A DNA stretch of 64,000 nt from Candidatus Thorarchaeota archaeon (lineage in GTDB: Archaea; Asgardarchaeota; Thorarchaeia; Thorarchaeales; Thorarchaeaceae): assembly GCA_011364985.1 (NCBI GenBank), contig RDOC01000001.1, positions 96,001 through 160,000 on the forward strand, in the 5' to 3' direction. Positions 1 to 9,308 of the stretch are shown here, in pieces. Numbering within the stretch: position 1 is the first letter of the stretch; each line of letters starts with the position of its first letter. Position numbers and translations under genes: made by a program. The notes beneath the pieces are model-generated. The model made no database searches, was not told the origin of the DNA, and was given only the letters and a program-made list of their open reading frames with translations.

Positions 1-2
1 AA

Positions 3-140
3 GAGGCTTTTGATTGGTTAGATGCTCCAATCAAGAGGGTAAATGCGCCGGATACACCAGTTCCCTTTAGCCCTCCGCTTGAGGACTACTTCATCCCAAA
101 TCACAAGAGAATAGCAGAAGCAATTCGTGAGATCGTTTGA
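3..140 (+). CDS. pdhB: 2-oxoacid dehydrogenase E1 beta subunit, C-terminal end (partial)
   Basis: Frame from nt 3 reads EAFDWLDAPIKRVNAPDTPVPFSPPLEDYFIP..., the typical E1-beta C-terminus; directly upstream of E2. Confidence 0.85.
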   Translation, partial: EAFDWLDAPIKRVNAPDTPVPFSPPLEDYFIPNHKRIAEAIREIV

Positions 141-150
141 GGTGAGTGTT

Positions 151-1377
151 TTGGTCACAACCATGATTATGCAACGAATGAGCGTTGCTATGGAATATGG
201 AGTCATCCTTAAATGGTTGAAGAAAGAAGGCGACAAAGTAAAGGCAGGAGAGCCCGTCGTTGAAATCTTTGGAGAGAAAAACGAGTTCGAACTGGAAGCT
301 CCCACAGATGGTATATTGCTTAAAATTCTGTGTGATGTAAACGACGAGATACCAATTAGTGAGCCAATTGCGTTCATTGGGGAGGAAGGAGAAGAGATTC
401 CTGATGTCAGGCCCAAGAAACTGACTGCTCAGACTGCTGGAGCTGCACCGCAGCCAATTACGGCTGAAGCGGATGCGAAGATACTGGAGAAAGAAGCACC
501 AACCAAGACAGAAGCTGCCGCATCCCTTATGCTAAACGGGCGAATTAGAGCCTCTCCACGAGCTAGGAAGAAAGCAGAGGAAATGGGAGTAGACCTCACC
601 TATGTGCAAGGATCTGGGCCAGAGGGTAGAATAATTGAGAAAGATATAATGGCCTATAAGCCCTATGAAGCTTTAGCTCCCTCGGATCGAAAAGTAAGAG
701 GAATTGAAACCCTAAACCCCTTAAGAAGAACCATTGCCAGAAGAATGACCCAGAGCGCCCAGAATCCGCACATAACAATGATAACTGAAATTGACATGAC
801 GGAGGCTGTTTCCCTCAGAGAAGAAATCAACGCACGTTCGGAGAAGAAAGGCATCCGCGTGTCATTCAATGATATAATAGTCAAGGCGGTTGCAGATGTG
901 CTGGAGCGGTTTCCGAAATTCAATGCAACCTTGGTTGGAAATGATCTCCATCTTTTGGACGAAATAAACATTGGAGTGGCAATGGCAACAGAATCAGGTC
1001 TGTTGGTTCCCACTGTAAGAGATGCCAACCAAAAGTCGATTACAGAGATTGCAGCAGAAACCAAAGAAATGGCAAGAAAGGTGAGGGGCAACGAAATCAC
1101 GTCTGAGAAACTGACAGGTAGTACCTTCACGGTTTCCAATTTGGGACCTTTCAAAGTGGACCTATTTATACCGATCATCAATCCACCTGAAACTGCAATC
1201 TTAGCTCTTGGGCAAATCAAGAAAAAACCGGTGGTTGTCGATGATGTGATTGCTGTGAGATCCACCATGATGGCTAGCTGTGCTGTGGACCACAGAGTAC
1301 TAGATGGCGCCCCCGCAGGACAGTTCCTGCAAGCCCTGAAAGACTATCTTGAGAATCCGTACTTCATGAAGGTATGA
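151..1377 (+). CDS. pdhC: Dihydrolipoamide acyltransferase (E2) of a 2-oxoacid dehydrogenase complex
   Basis: Lipoyl domain, E3-binding RASPRARK..GSGPEGRI, catalytic DHRVLDGA; TTG at 151 follows the GAGGTG SD (ORF track starts at 127). Confidence 0.93.
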   Translation: MVTTMIMQRMSVAMEYGVILKWLKKEGDKVKAGEPVVEIFGEKNEFELEAPTDGILLKILCDVNDEIPISEPIAFIGEEGEEIPDVRPKKLTAQTAGAAPQPITAEADAKILEKEAPTKTEAAASLMLNGRIRASPRARKKAEEMGVDLTYVQGSGPEGRIIEKDIMAYKPYEALAPSDRKVRGIETLNPLRRTIARRMTQSAQNPHITMITEIDMTEAVSLREEINARSEKKGIRVSFNDIIVKAVADVLERFPKFNATLVGNDLHLLDEINIGVAMATESGLLVPTVRDANQKSITEIAAETKEMARKVRGNEITSEKLTGSTFTVSNLGPFKVDLFIPIINPPETAILALGQIKKKPVVVDDVIAVRSTMMASCAVDHRVLDGAPAGQFLQALKDYLENPYFMKV

Positions 1378-1432
1378 ATCCAGCGCATAAGATTATGAAT
1401 CTCCCGGCGCTACATGACCCAGAGAAGAAGAG

Positions 1433-1744
1433 ATGATTAACTCAAAGTAATGTCCGAAGTGTGGAAACAGCAGTATTGCAGGACCCCATAACATCTGGGA
1501 TGAAGATAGACACATTAGGATAGACTTGCCAGGGATGTATACGGCAACACTTGTGGCATATACGTGTGCGAATTGCGGATACACTGAGCTATATAGCGAC
1601 AGGATAGGTCTCGATAACGTCCGACGAGATGGCAGGTTCTTGGTCGACCAAGAAAGGCCTGAGACAACTCGTTGCACACGTTGCGGTGCCCTGTTTAGAC
1701 CGGGGAAAGGTATCTGCTACGAATACGGAACGCAAGTGGATTAG
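1433..1744 (+). pseudogene. Multi zinc-ribbon protein with an in-frame TAA at codon 6
   Basis: MINSK*CPKCG...CANCGYTELY...CTRCG...CYEYG; TAA at 1448-1450 and the last CxxC is decayed. Confidence 0.6.
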
Positions 1745-2007
1745 TTCTCAATAATGCTTGTTTTCCCATAGGACCTTAAATTCAAGGAAGAAGAATCAAT
1801 CATGATGCAGCACTTCCCTCCTGCGTCTTGCCTCGAAAAACACGACATCTGCTCTTAGCCTCGGGATCTGCTCCGAGGCTCGCTGGTGGTGGGTTTATTC
1901 CGCCACCAGCAAATACAACTTCCTTTTCATTGCGTATTTTCCTGTAAAGCGAAGTCTTAAGGCAGCCGTGATGTGTCAAAGCTGGAATCAAAACAGGTGA
2001 CCAGTTA

Positions 2008-2814
2008 ATGCCTTGGAGACTGCTCGAAGAGAACGGTCGGGACATCTTTAGAAATCTGGCCATTGAAGAAGCCTTGGCGAGAGTGAACGTAGAATCCAAG
2101 AAGAAGATGAACACACTTCGGTTTTGGAGAACTGATTCTGCAGTTGTACTTGGTAGGTTTCAATGTCTCCACAAGGAAACAAATATCCGATTTTGCGAGG
2201 CGCACAAAATTGCGATTGCTCGGAGATTCACTGGAGGTGGAACAGTATATCAAGACAAGGGAAATCTCAACTTCAGCATATGCGCAGACCGGAGAGAGGA
2301 CTATGCCAAAGGCACGTTACCTGAGCTGTACAAATCATTTGTAGGATGTATCGCTGAAGCACTTCAGAAAATAGGAGTTCCAGCGGAGTTTGATGAATAT
2401 AGATCATGCATACGAATAGATGGAAAGAAAATCACAGGAACCGCAGGATGGATAAAGCAAGGTATTGCTTTCATTCATGGCACTCTCTTGATAGATTCCA
2501 ATATTGACATTCTACTACAATGTCTCGACGCTCCAGAGAAACAACCGGTATATCTACGAGAAGGCAGAACCAGATGCATGGAAAGCAAGAGAGACATTGT
2601 CACCACTATTCATAGAGAAGTGGACAGCCCTCCATCTGTTGAAGAGATAAAGACGGCTATTACAAATGGCATCAAGGAAATAACTAGGGACATTTTGATT
2701 CTCAAAACTCTCACAATGACTGAGATTCAACATTCAGAGCTTTTATATCAAAATCGATACAGCCATGCCAACTGGAACAGAGGAGAACTGGTTCCCAATA
2801 AGGATTTGAGTTGA
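2008..2814 (+). CDS. lplA: Lipoate-protein ligase A family
   Basis: NLAIEEAL, RRFTGGGTVYQD, KITGTA, HGTLL motifs; next to E2. Confidence 0.9.
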   Translation: MPWRLLEENGRDIFRNLAIEEALARVNVESKKKMNTLRFWRTDSAVVLGRFQCLHKETNIRFCEAHKIAIARRFTGGGTVYQDKGNLNFSICADRREDYAKGTLPELYKSFVGCIAEALQKIGVPAEFDEYRSCIRIDGKKITGTAGWIKQGIAFIHGTLLIDSNIDILLQCLDAPEKQPVYLREGRTRCMESKRDIVTTIHREVDSPPSVEEIKTAITNGIKEITRDILILKTLTMTEIQHSELLYQNRYSHANWNRGELVPNKDLS

Positions 2815-2820
2815 TAAGAA

Positions 2821-3171
2821 ATGGACAATGACGTGGAAAAGACACTCAAAAGCTTCCAGAAACACTTCGGTGCATTGAACAGAGATATCCCTGATACGCG
2901 AAATGCGTTTACAGACTTGCTGAAAACAGTTCACAAGGATGGAGCACTGCCTGCGAAATTTAAGGAGATAATTTGCATAGTAGCTTCAATTCTGGCTCCA
3001 TGTGAATCGTGCATGGTCTATCATACAAAGCAGGCGCTATCAGCAGGTGCGACAAGAGAAGAAATAATGGAAGCTGCAGCTGTGGCAATAGTGATGGGTG
3101 GGGGACCAGCATCGACGCACATTGCAACTGTCCAAGATGCATTGGACTTGTGGGCTCCAAGAAAGGAATAG
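2821..3171 (+). CDS. Carboxymuconolactone decarboxylase / AhpD family protein
   Basis: DGALPAKFKEII...CESCMVYH...AGATREEIMEA...MGGGP. Confidence 0.88.
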   Translation: MDNDVEKTLKSFQKHFGALNRDIPDTRNAFTDLLKTVHKDGALPAKFKEIICIVASILAPCESCMVYHTKQALSAGATREEIMEAAAVAIVMGGGPASTHIATVQDALDLWAPRKE

Positions 3172-3229
3172 AAACCATTTGGAAATTCTAGACATTCAAA
3201 TACTTGAGCGTGAATCCGGACCCAAATTA

Positions 3230-4270
3230 CTACAGCTCTGTGAAAAGGACCTTTATTGCTTGTTGGGATTCCATCAGGTCGAACCCGTGTTCCCAATCAC
3301 TAAGAGGAATACGATGGGTAATGAGTGAACTGAGACTCAGCTTCTTTGTTTCCATTAGCTTCAAGGTTGTGACCCACGATGAAGGCAGTGTGCCCCATGT
3401 ACCAGTCATGGTAAGCTCCTTTACGATGATGGGGTCCAAATCAATCGTGGCGGGCTGACCTCTTACTCCTATTAGGCAGATATGTCCTGCAACCTTGACG
3501 AATCTCAAGGCCTGTGTACAAGCAATGCAGGCTCCGGAGGCCTCGATGACAACATCAGCTCCAAGTCCCTTGGTGAGGTCTCGTATAATACTGTCGGCAT
3601 CAGACTCGGTTTGAACATCGATTGTCACATCAGCGCCCATTCTTTCGGCAATATCAAGACGCCATCTGTCAGAGCTAACTCCGGTAACAATGACTTTCCC
3701 AGCACCCATTGCTTTTGCTACTTGCACTGAAATCAAACCCATTGTACCAGGCCCTTGAACGACGATAGTGTCTCCTGGGCAGATGTTTATTTTTTCAGTC
3801 ACTCCGTGCACGACGCAGGCTGTTGGTTCAGCAAGTGCAGCTTCCTCTAAGGAAACCCCCTCGGGGACCTTGTGAATGATGTATTCTGGAGCTGTGAGGT
3901 ACTTCGCAAAGGCACCATTGGCCAGAGATACGCCTAGGATTTTCTTGTCGGATGCAGTACACCGGTTCATGTGACCTGTCTTACAATGATAGCAGCGCCC
4001 ACAATATGCAGTAGCAGGAGAAACTACTAGATCGCCCACTTGAATATCCTGCACATCATTGCCAACCTCAACAACCTTCCCGGAATACTCATGTCCGAGG
4101 ATGACAGGAGGCGTGTAGAAGGCGGTGTCATGCTTGATGTGAACATCGCTCCCGCAAATCCCCGCAGCTGCTACCTCAATCAAAACTTCATTCCTGTCAG
4201 GAGATGGCACGTCAACATCCCGGAGCTCCATGTTGCCGGGTCCACGAGCGATCTTCATTAGTCCTTTCAT
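3230..4270 (-). CDS. Zinc-dependent alcohol dehydrogenase (threonine/sorbitol dehydrogenase-like)
   Basis: GICGSD, GHEYSG, CGRCYHC..C, GPGTMG. Confidence 0.92.
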   Translation of the reverse strand: MKGLMKIARGPGNMELRDVDVPSPDRNEVLIEVAAAGICGSDVHIKHDTAFYTPPVILGHEYSGKVVEVGNDVQDIQVGDLVVSPATAYCGRCYHCKTGHMNRCTASDKKILGVSLANGAFAKYLTAPEYIIHKVPEGVSLEEAALAEPTACVVHGVTEKINICPGDTIVVQGPGTMGLISVQVAKAMGAGKVIVTGVSSDRWRLDIAERMGADVTIDVQTESDADSIIRDLTKGLGADVVIEASGACIACTQALRFVKVAGHICLIGVRGQPATIDLDPIIVKELTMTGTWGTLPSSWVTTLKLMETKKLSLSSLITHRIPLSDWEHGFDLMESQQAIKVLFTEL

Positions 4271-4322
4271 AGGCTCTGACCTCATGATTGTCGAAACCTG
4301 TACTGTTATAGAATCTTGTGGC

Positions 4323-4598
4323 CTATTCTTGAACCAATGCAGTGAAAAAGTGAGGGCTCTCTTGACCCTCGTCCAACGATCTGACTCTAAAACCAGTTCC
4401 CAAATCGTTTCTCATTTTGTTTGCAGTTCGAGCACCCACAAACCGCAGACGAACTCCAGCAACCTTGCCAATCCATAACCAGATGCTTCTTGTGGACTCA
4501 TCAATGACGCAATACACTGAATCGGATTGCAGCGTCTCCTTGGTCACACTCACCTCCAAGGTGGTGCCATCGTCCTGCATCAGTAAGACATTGGCCAT
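4323..4598 (-). CDS. Single-domain gelsolin-like protein (91 aa)
   Basis: C-terminal part of ORF 4323..4913: LQSDSVYCVID..SIWLWIGK...LDEGQESPHFF matches the gelsolin repeat pattern; ATG at 4598. Confidence 0.8.
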   Translation of the reverse strand: MANVLLMQDDGTTLEVSVTKETLQSDSVYCVIDESTRSIWLWIGKVAGVRLRFVGARTANKMRNDLGTGFRVRSLDEGQESPHFFTALVQE

Positions 4599-4650
4599 GT
4601 TTATTCGCCGGAATACCTTGCTATTAAGTCGGTGTGATATTGTATTGAAA

Positions 4651-5052
4651 TCAGATTCTGTCGAACTGAGCTCGTACCGTACCACCACAATAATTGCATC
4701 GGGCTTCCAGAGGACCCGTCCAGTCAATGTCTTCGTGTGTGAGGCTTGCTCCACATGATGGACATCTTTCGGGCAATCGGACTGTTCGAATCTCGGAGCC
4801 ATCGCTTCTGGTTTGCCCGCGGTATCTTTTGGGGATGACAAATGACGGCGCTTCTGTCCTGAAACCATCAATTGCTTGAGTGCTGGCTTGACACGCCTTC
4901 CCCATGATAACAATAATCAAGATGCATAGAATGGCGGGAATAATGAAGAACATTAGTGAGAATACACCGAATACCTCCCAAAAGATACCAAAGAGATTAT
5001 CAAAGACTCCGAACTGCATATGATTGTCCTCAAGCGAATTCTGCTGCGCCAA
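4651..5052 (-). CDS. Small membrane protein with a C-terminal zinc ribbon
   Basis: Hydrophobic N-terminal helix, CPSCG...CNYCG. Confidence 0.75.
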   Translation of the reverse strand: MAQQNSLEDNHMQFGVFDNLFGIFWEVFGVFSLMFFIIPAILCILIIVIMGKACQASTQAIDGFRTEAPSFVIPKRYRGQTRSDGSEIRTVRLPERCPSCGASLTHEDIDWTGPLEARCNYCGGTVRAQFDRI

Positions 5053-5413
5053 TGCAGATTATTGCACTTATTATCTTTGTCAAAAGGATTTAGATTTTCT
5101 TTGGATACGCATCTAATCAGCCATCTTCCTTCAGCTCCTAATGGAGAACCATCGCAAGAAGCCTCAGCTCCAAAGATAGTGCCTTACTGCAAAACGGGAT
5201 GTCCTATATGAATATCCTTAATCTGTGCATGAATCTTCATAGTGAGCTTTCTTGGAACAATACTTTGAAGTCTAATTCTCCTACCTCGATCGCCCAAGAA
5301 TGGCATGATTGCCTCCGATCTTCGCAAATCCTATAAATTATCCAACTTCGCAACGTATAAAAGATTCCCACTCTTCCGTCCATCCTAGAAACCTCATTGG
5401 AGGAACGTATCGT

Positions 5414-5773
5414 ATGAAAATCCCACCAAGCATTCTGAAAAGGCTCTATGTGAAGAATAGCCTTGAGAATTCAGAAGATGGATTTAGCTTCAAAATAAAG
5501 AACGCACTAGCAAATGGCACAGCTGTTTCAATGTCTCCAGTCAAAGTTGATGGAACAGAATACCCACTAGATGCCACAGTTATCAAGACTAGTGACGGTG
5601 ATATACCTGCGGCAGAAGTATCAGGCGGCAATCCTGCACCAATCAAGGTTGGCGTTGAAGTTGTCATTCATGTGACAGCAGATCCACTTTCTGAAGGCGC
5701 TCACACAATTGGCATTGCGCTTGAAACCAGGGAAATTGGAGAGATTGCTTTCGAGGTCGATGATGAGATCTAA
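5414..5773 (+). CDS. Conserved beta-sandwich hypothetical protein
   Basis: MKIPPSILKRLYVKNSLEN..GFSFKIKNAL; GGAGG SD upstream of ATG 5414. Confidence 0.65.
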   Translation: MKIPPSILKRLYVKNSLENSEDGFSFKIKNALANGTAVSMSPVKVDGTEYPLDATVIKTSDGDIPAAEVSGGNPAPIKVGVEVVIHVTADPLSEGAHTIGIALETREIGEIAFEVDDEI

Positions 5774-6146
5774 GCTATGAAAAAGTAAGCACAAGATGTT
5801 GCCCCTTCTGCATTCCCTTTTGTCTTACTTTACATGATCACATGATTATCTCCTAGGTTTCTGCGAGGAATACCATCAACAGAACAAGAATGAGAACTAC
5901 TACCTAAGTGATCAGGAATAGTGCATTTCCTTCTCAGTTACTTTGATATTTGTAAAAAGGGTATGTTAGATCCTGATCAGTTTGGATGCCATTATCCAGC
6001 TCGTTCTACGATTCGCCCTCATCACTCATTTGCATCAGGGATTTTCTCTATGTTCAACTCATCATATCACAGATAGGGATTCGGGCTAAGGTCTTGCCGG
6101 AATAGTTTTCTGCATTTCCTGTTCCTTTATCACGGTGGTTAGCGAC

Positions 6147-7058
6147 ATGTACGTTAAGATCAGACAAGATGGTGCAATTGGCATTGGCCGCGCAACTGAA
6201 GGACAAGCCGAAATCACAATGGGGTATGGAGAAGCACACATGATTGCTGCAGCACTAGAGAAGCTGGCTCAGACAGCACGCAGCTACAAGCAGGTTTACC
6301 ACAAGACGACTGATGTCGGAGGGGGAAACAAAATCGAGTTTGAGCGGACTGACGATGGTACTATATCCATTTCCGGCGACAAGCAGTCCTACTTCTGTAC
6401 TGAATGGGAAGTTCGCGACCTCGCAGAGAAGCTGAAGCATTTGCCGCCCGTAGAGGTGGCCCCTCCATCAGACTATGCGAAAAAAATCACTCCAAACAAA
6501 GGATTCTGCATAAATCTAACAAACGGTGGACAGATAATTAGGCTCAAGCTGGCGGATGCCGCCTTGGTGAAGATAGCAGTTCAAAGCAGTGTGAATAGTC
6601 GCTTCTACGATGAAGTTATAGATCTTGCAGATCGCAAGATTACCGTCAGAAGAAGCAGCGATCTGAAGTGGGAACTTGGAGATGGTAATAGCACGGTCAG
6701 GTTCACTGCCTACGAAGTTGAAGCGTTACTTACAGGACTTCATAATGCTGTGCTTGATGTTCTAATGGATATGGTCAAGTCCTTGGGCAGTGACGATTTG
6801 GCCGATATCAGAGCAAAATCACAGATTCAACGAATCGAGCAAGAATCAACCAAACTTCTGACTGATTACTCCAAGGGAAAGGGAATCACGAAAACCCTTC
6901 TGAAGAGCGCAAAGAGAATCCTTGGAAAAGGAATGGACGCGGACAGTCGCACAAACGAGTTCATAGATATCTGCAGATATGTTCTGGGAAATACTGACCC
7001 AAGATATCAAGGGCCAATTCTCGAACTTCTATCAACCACCTTTGTAGGGGAGTCCTGA
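6147..7058 (+). CDS. Hypothetical protein with four beta-beta-beta-alpha repeats plus a helical tail
   Basis: Long ORF with an internal repeat pattern. Confidence 0.7.
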   Translation: MYVKIRQDGAIGIGRATEGQAEITMGYGEAHMIAAALEKLAQTARSYKQVYHKTTDVGGGNKIEFERTDDGTISISGDKQSYFCTEWEVRDLAEKLKHLPPVEVAPPSDYAKKITPNKGFCINLTNGGQIIRLKLADAALVKIAVQSSVNSRFYDEVIDLADRKITVRRSSDLKWELGDGNSTVRFTAYEVEALLTGLHNAVLDVLMDMVKSLGSDDLADIRAKSQIQRIEQESTKLLTDYSKGKGITKTLLKSAKRILGKGMDADSRTNEFIDICRYVLGNTDPRYQGPILELLSTTFVGES

Positions 7059-7071
7059 CATTCCTGTATAA

Positions 7072-8511
7072 TCATTCAGAGAAGCATCTTGAGTCACTTT
7101 CAAGTAATGCAGTGGACCATGGATATCTCTCAATTATCCGCTGCATCAGTCGTCGGACCTTCCGCTCCTCAGAGGTGCCTTCATAGACCAGAAGAATGAC
7201 GAGTCCTCCTCGAGTTCTCTTGAATTTCTGATACATTGTCTTAGAAGTGTTTATCGAATCGCAAACAACCATCACTTCAGCTTGGGGAATGTCAAGATCT
7301 CTCTCACCAACTGGAGACATGATTAGCACCCTAGCATCATCATTCTCACGAAATTCCCTGAGAACTTCGCCCTTGTTTGGCTTTTTTCCAGTGATCGTAA
7401 GAACTCGGACCTGTGCCTTTTCCAAGACATCTTGGATTTGGGAAACCATCTCAAGATAGGAGGTTAGGATGAGAACCTTCTTGTACTTCAGCGAAATCTG
7501 GAACGCGCGAGTGACTTTTGCTGATATTCTTGGAAGAGCCTTCCGAAGTTGGCTGACATTGAAATAGTGTTTCAGATAATCAGAATGGAACATCTTCAGA
7601 AACTGCCTTGGTGGCATTGCGAAGATATATTTCCGAAGCAACAGAAGACCAGAGTATCTTCCCTTCAGCTCTTCGGCTATAGGAAGACGCTCAATCATCA
7701 GATGCACTCGTCGTATGTCACCATCAATCAAATCGAGATTGTCACCCTCAACAAGCTGGTTTACAATTTCAGAGCGAGTATTTCGAATGAGTTCATCCAA
7801 GACTCTGGCGATTGAACGTATCCGAACATCGACGACTGGAGAGATAGTAACAAAGGTTGGTTCCAAATAGGACTCTACATCGGTTCCGTAAAGCTCATTC
7901 ATAGAGATTAGTTCTGAATTGGGGATATGCTGTGTCAGAGTCTTGAGTTCATTTCTTATTTCTACTTGCTCTTGGGTGAATATTGCATGATCATCACGCA
8001 GTGTGCCACTCATTCCAATTAGCCACTTGTCATCAAACAGGGAAAGCAGTGTTGGCCAAGGAAACACAAGTGCAGTTCGGCCGCCACTGCGGCGGATTAG
8101 CGTATCAACCTCATTAATCAGCAGCGCATCAAAAGACTCGAAAAGGCCCATGTCTTTTTTGGCCAAACCAGCAAGGACTTGCGGAGTAGCCACAACGACT
8201 CTACTCTCCTTTAAAACCGAAGGCCTACGACCAGAAGACACTCTCGATGACAACTCCCCCAATTCATTATCAAGTCCACCATATTCACCACGGAGGTAGT
8301 CAATGGTTTCTGCAAGTGATGAAGAGGAGTGAACCACGATAATGAAGCGTAAGCCAGGAAAAATCTCCGACACTATCTTGTGTGTAATGAATCGCTTCCC
8401 AAGCCCGCAGTCAAGCTCAAGAAGGAGATTTGTGCCCTTGAGCTGCCTTATTCGGTCCAAGATGTATGTCTGATAACCGCGAGTGGTGTACTTGGATTTC
8501 TCACTTGACAT
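7072..8511 (-). CDS. SF2 (Hef/ERCC4-like) helicase homologue with degenerate motifs
   Basis: LELDCGLGKR (I), VVVATPQ (Ib), LINEVD (II), GMSGT (III), VGERDLDIP (V). Confidence 0.75.
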   Translation of the reverse strand: MSSEKSKYTTRGYQTYILDRIRQLKGTNLLLELDCGLGKRFITHKIVSEIFPGLRFIIVVHSSSSLAETIDYLRGEYGGLDNELGELSSRVSSGRRPSVLKESRVVVATPQVLAGLAKKDMGLFESFDALLINEVDTLIRRSGGRTALVFPWPTLLSLFDDKWLIGMSGTLRDDHAIFTQEQVEIRNELKTLTQHIPNSELISMNELYGTDVESYLEPTFVTISPVVDVRIRSIARVLDELIRNTRSEIVNQLVEGDNLDLIDGDIRRVHLMIERLPIAEELKGRYSGLLLLRKYIFAMPPRQFLKMFHSDYLKHYFNVSQLRKALPRISAKVTRAFQISLKYKKVLILTSYLEMVSQIQDVLEKAQVRVLTITGKKPNKGEVLREFRENDDARVLIMSPVGERDLDIPQAEVMVVCDSINTSKTMYQKFKRTRGGLVILLVYEGTSEERKVRRLMQRIIERYPWSTALLESDSRCFSE

Positions 8512-8608
8512 TTCACTAGCTCATCCATTCAGTGAGTTAAGAACTCGTTTCGAAAGCCAAGATAGACTGTTTTATGGGTCTTATAATGTTTGACAAGTAC
8601 TGCATTTT

Positions 8609-8872
8609 GTGAGAACTACACGAGTAGTACGCAAGTGGGATAGAGATAGAACTGCGTTTGTTGATGTTATTGTCCAAACAGAGCTGGACGCGAGTGTTTC
8701 TTGCAGAAACTGCAGGTATTATCAGCACAACGAAGGTATCTGCGAAGGAGTAGCCTCCAGTTACTATAAGAAGAAGACACCATCCGCTGAACTCATACCT
8801 CCATCTTCAGAATGCGAAATAAGGTTGTCGCCGGGTCTTCTTGCCTTTGTCTGGTCTATCAAAAGCTCTTGA
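8609..8872 (+). CDS. Small Cys-rich protein
   Basis: CRNCRYY..GIC..C; TTTAT/TTATAA elements upstream. Confidence 0.55.
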   Translation: MRTTRVVRKWDRDRTAFVDVIVQTELDASVSCRNCRYYQHNEGICEGVASSYYKKKTPSAELIPPSSECEIRLSPGLLAFVWSIKSS

Positions 8873-9257
8873 AAACCTTGGCCAATGAAGGGGCTTCGAC
8901 ATGCATTTCAAACTCGTTGAATTGTCCAAAAGGAACAATGTGAACCTTGAATCCTCGGTCCTGAAGCCGCTTTGCAGTTTCCACAATGATGCTCTTGGCA
9001 AATGAAGACCTCGACTTGCTATCGCTCAAGTGTGCGAATGAATGAAGAACCACTGAGTCTACATTGACTTTGTCGCAAAGCCAACGAATGTTCTTGACCA
9101 TTTTTCGAAGAACACCTGAACGGTCATCTTGGTCATGACGCTCCGATTGAATCCAGACAAGGAGCGATTCTCCAAGAGTCTCCTTTGCAGATTCCTTGGA
9201 TTCGTCCTCTTCAGCGATATACCAGAAATGACTTACATGAAACATTAGTATCTTCAT
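8859..9257 (-). CDS. Free-standing archaeal-type threonyl-tRNA synthetase editing domain
   Basis: MKILMFH..., VVLHSFAHLS, VPFG..EFEMHV. Confidence 0.82.
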   Translation of the reverse strand: MKILMFHVSHFWYIAEEDESKESAKETLGESLLVWIQSERHDQDDRSGVLRKMVKNIRWLCDKVNVDSVVLHSFAHLSDSKSRSSFAKSIIVETAKRLQDRGFKVHIVPFGQFNEFEMHVEAPSLAKVFKSF

Positions 9258-9308
9258 TCTATGGATAGACTCCTACTTCGCTTGAGATAAGTCTCATGCC
9301 TTTGTAAA

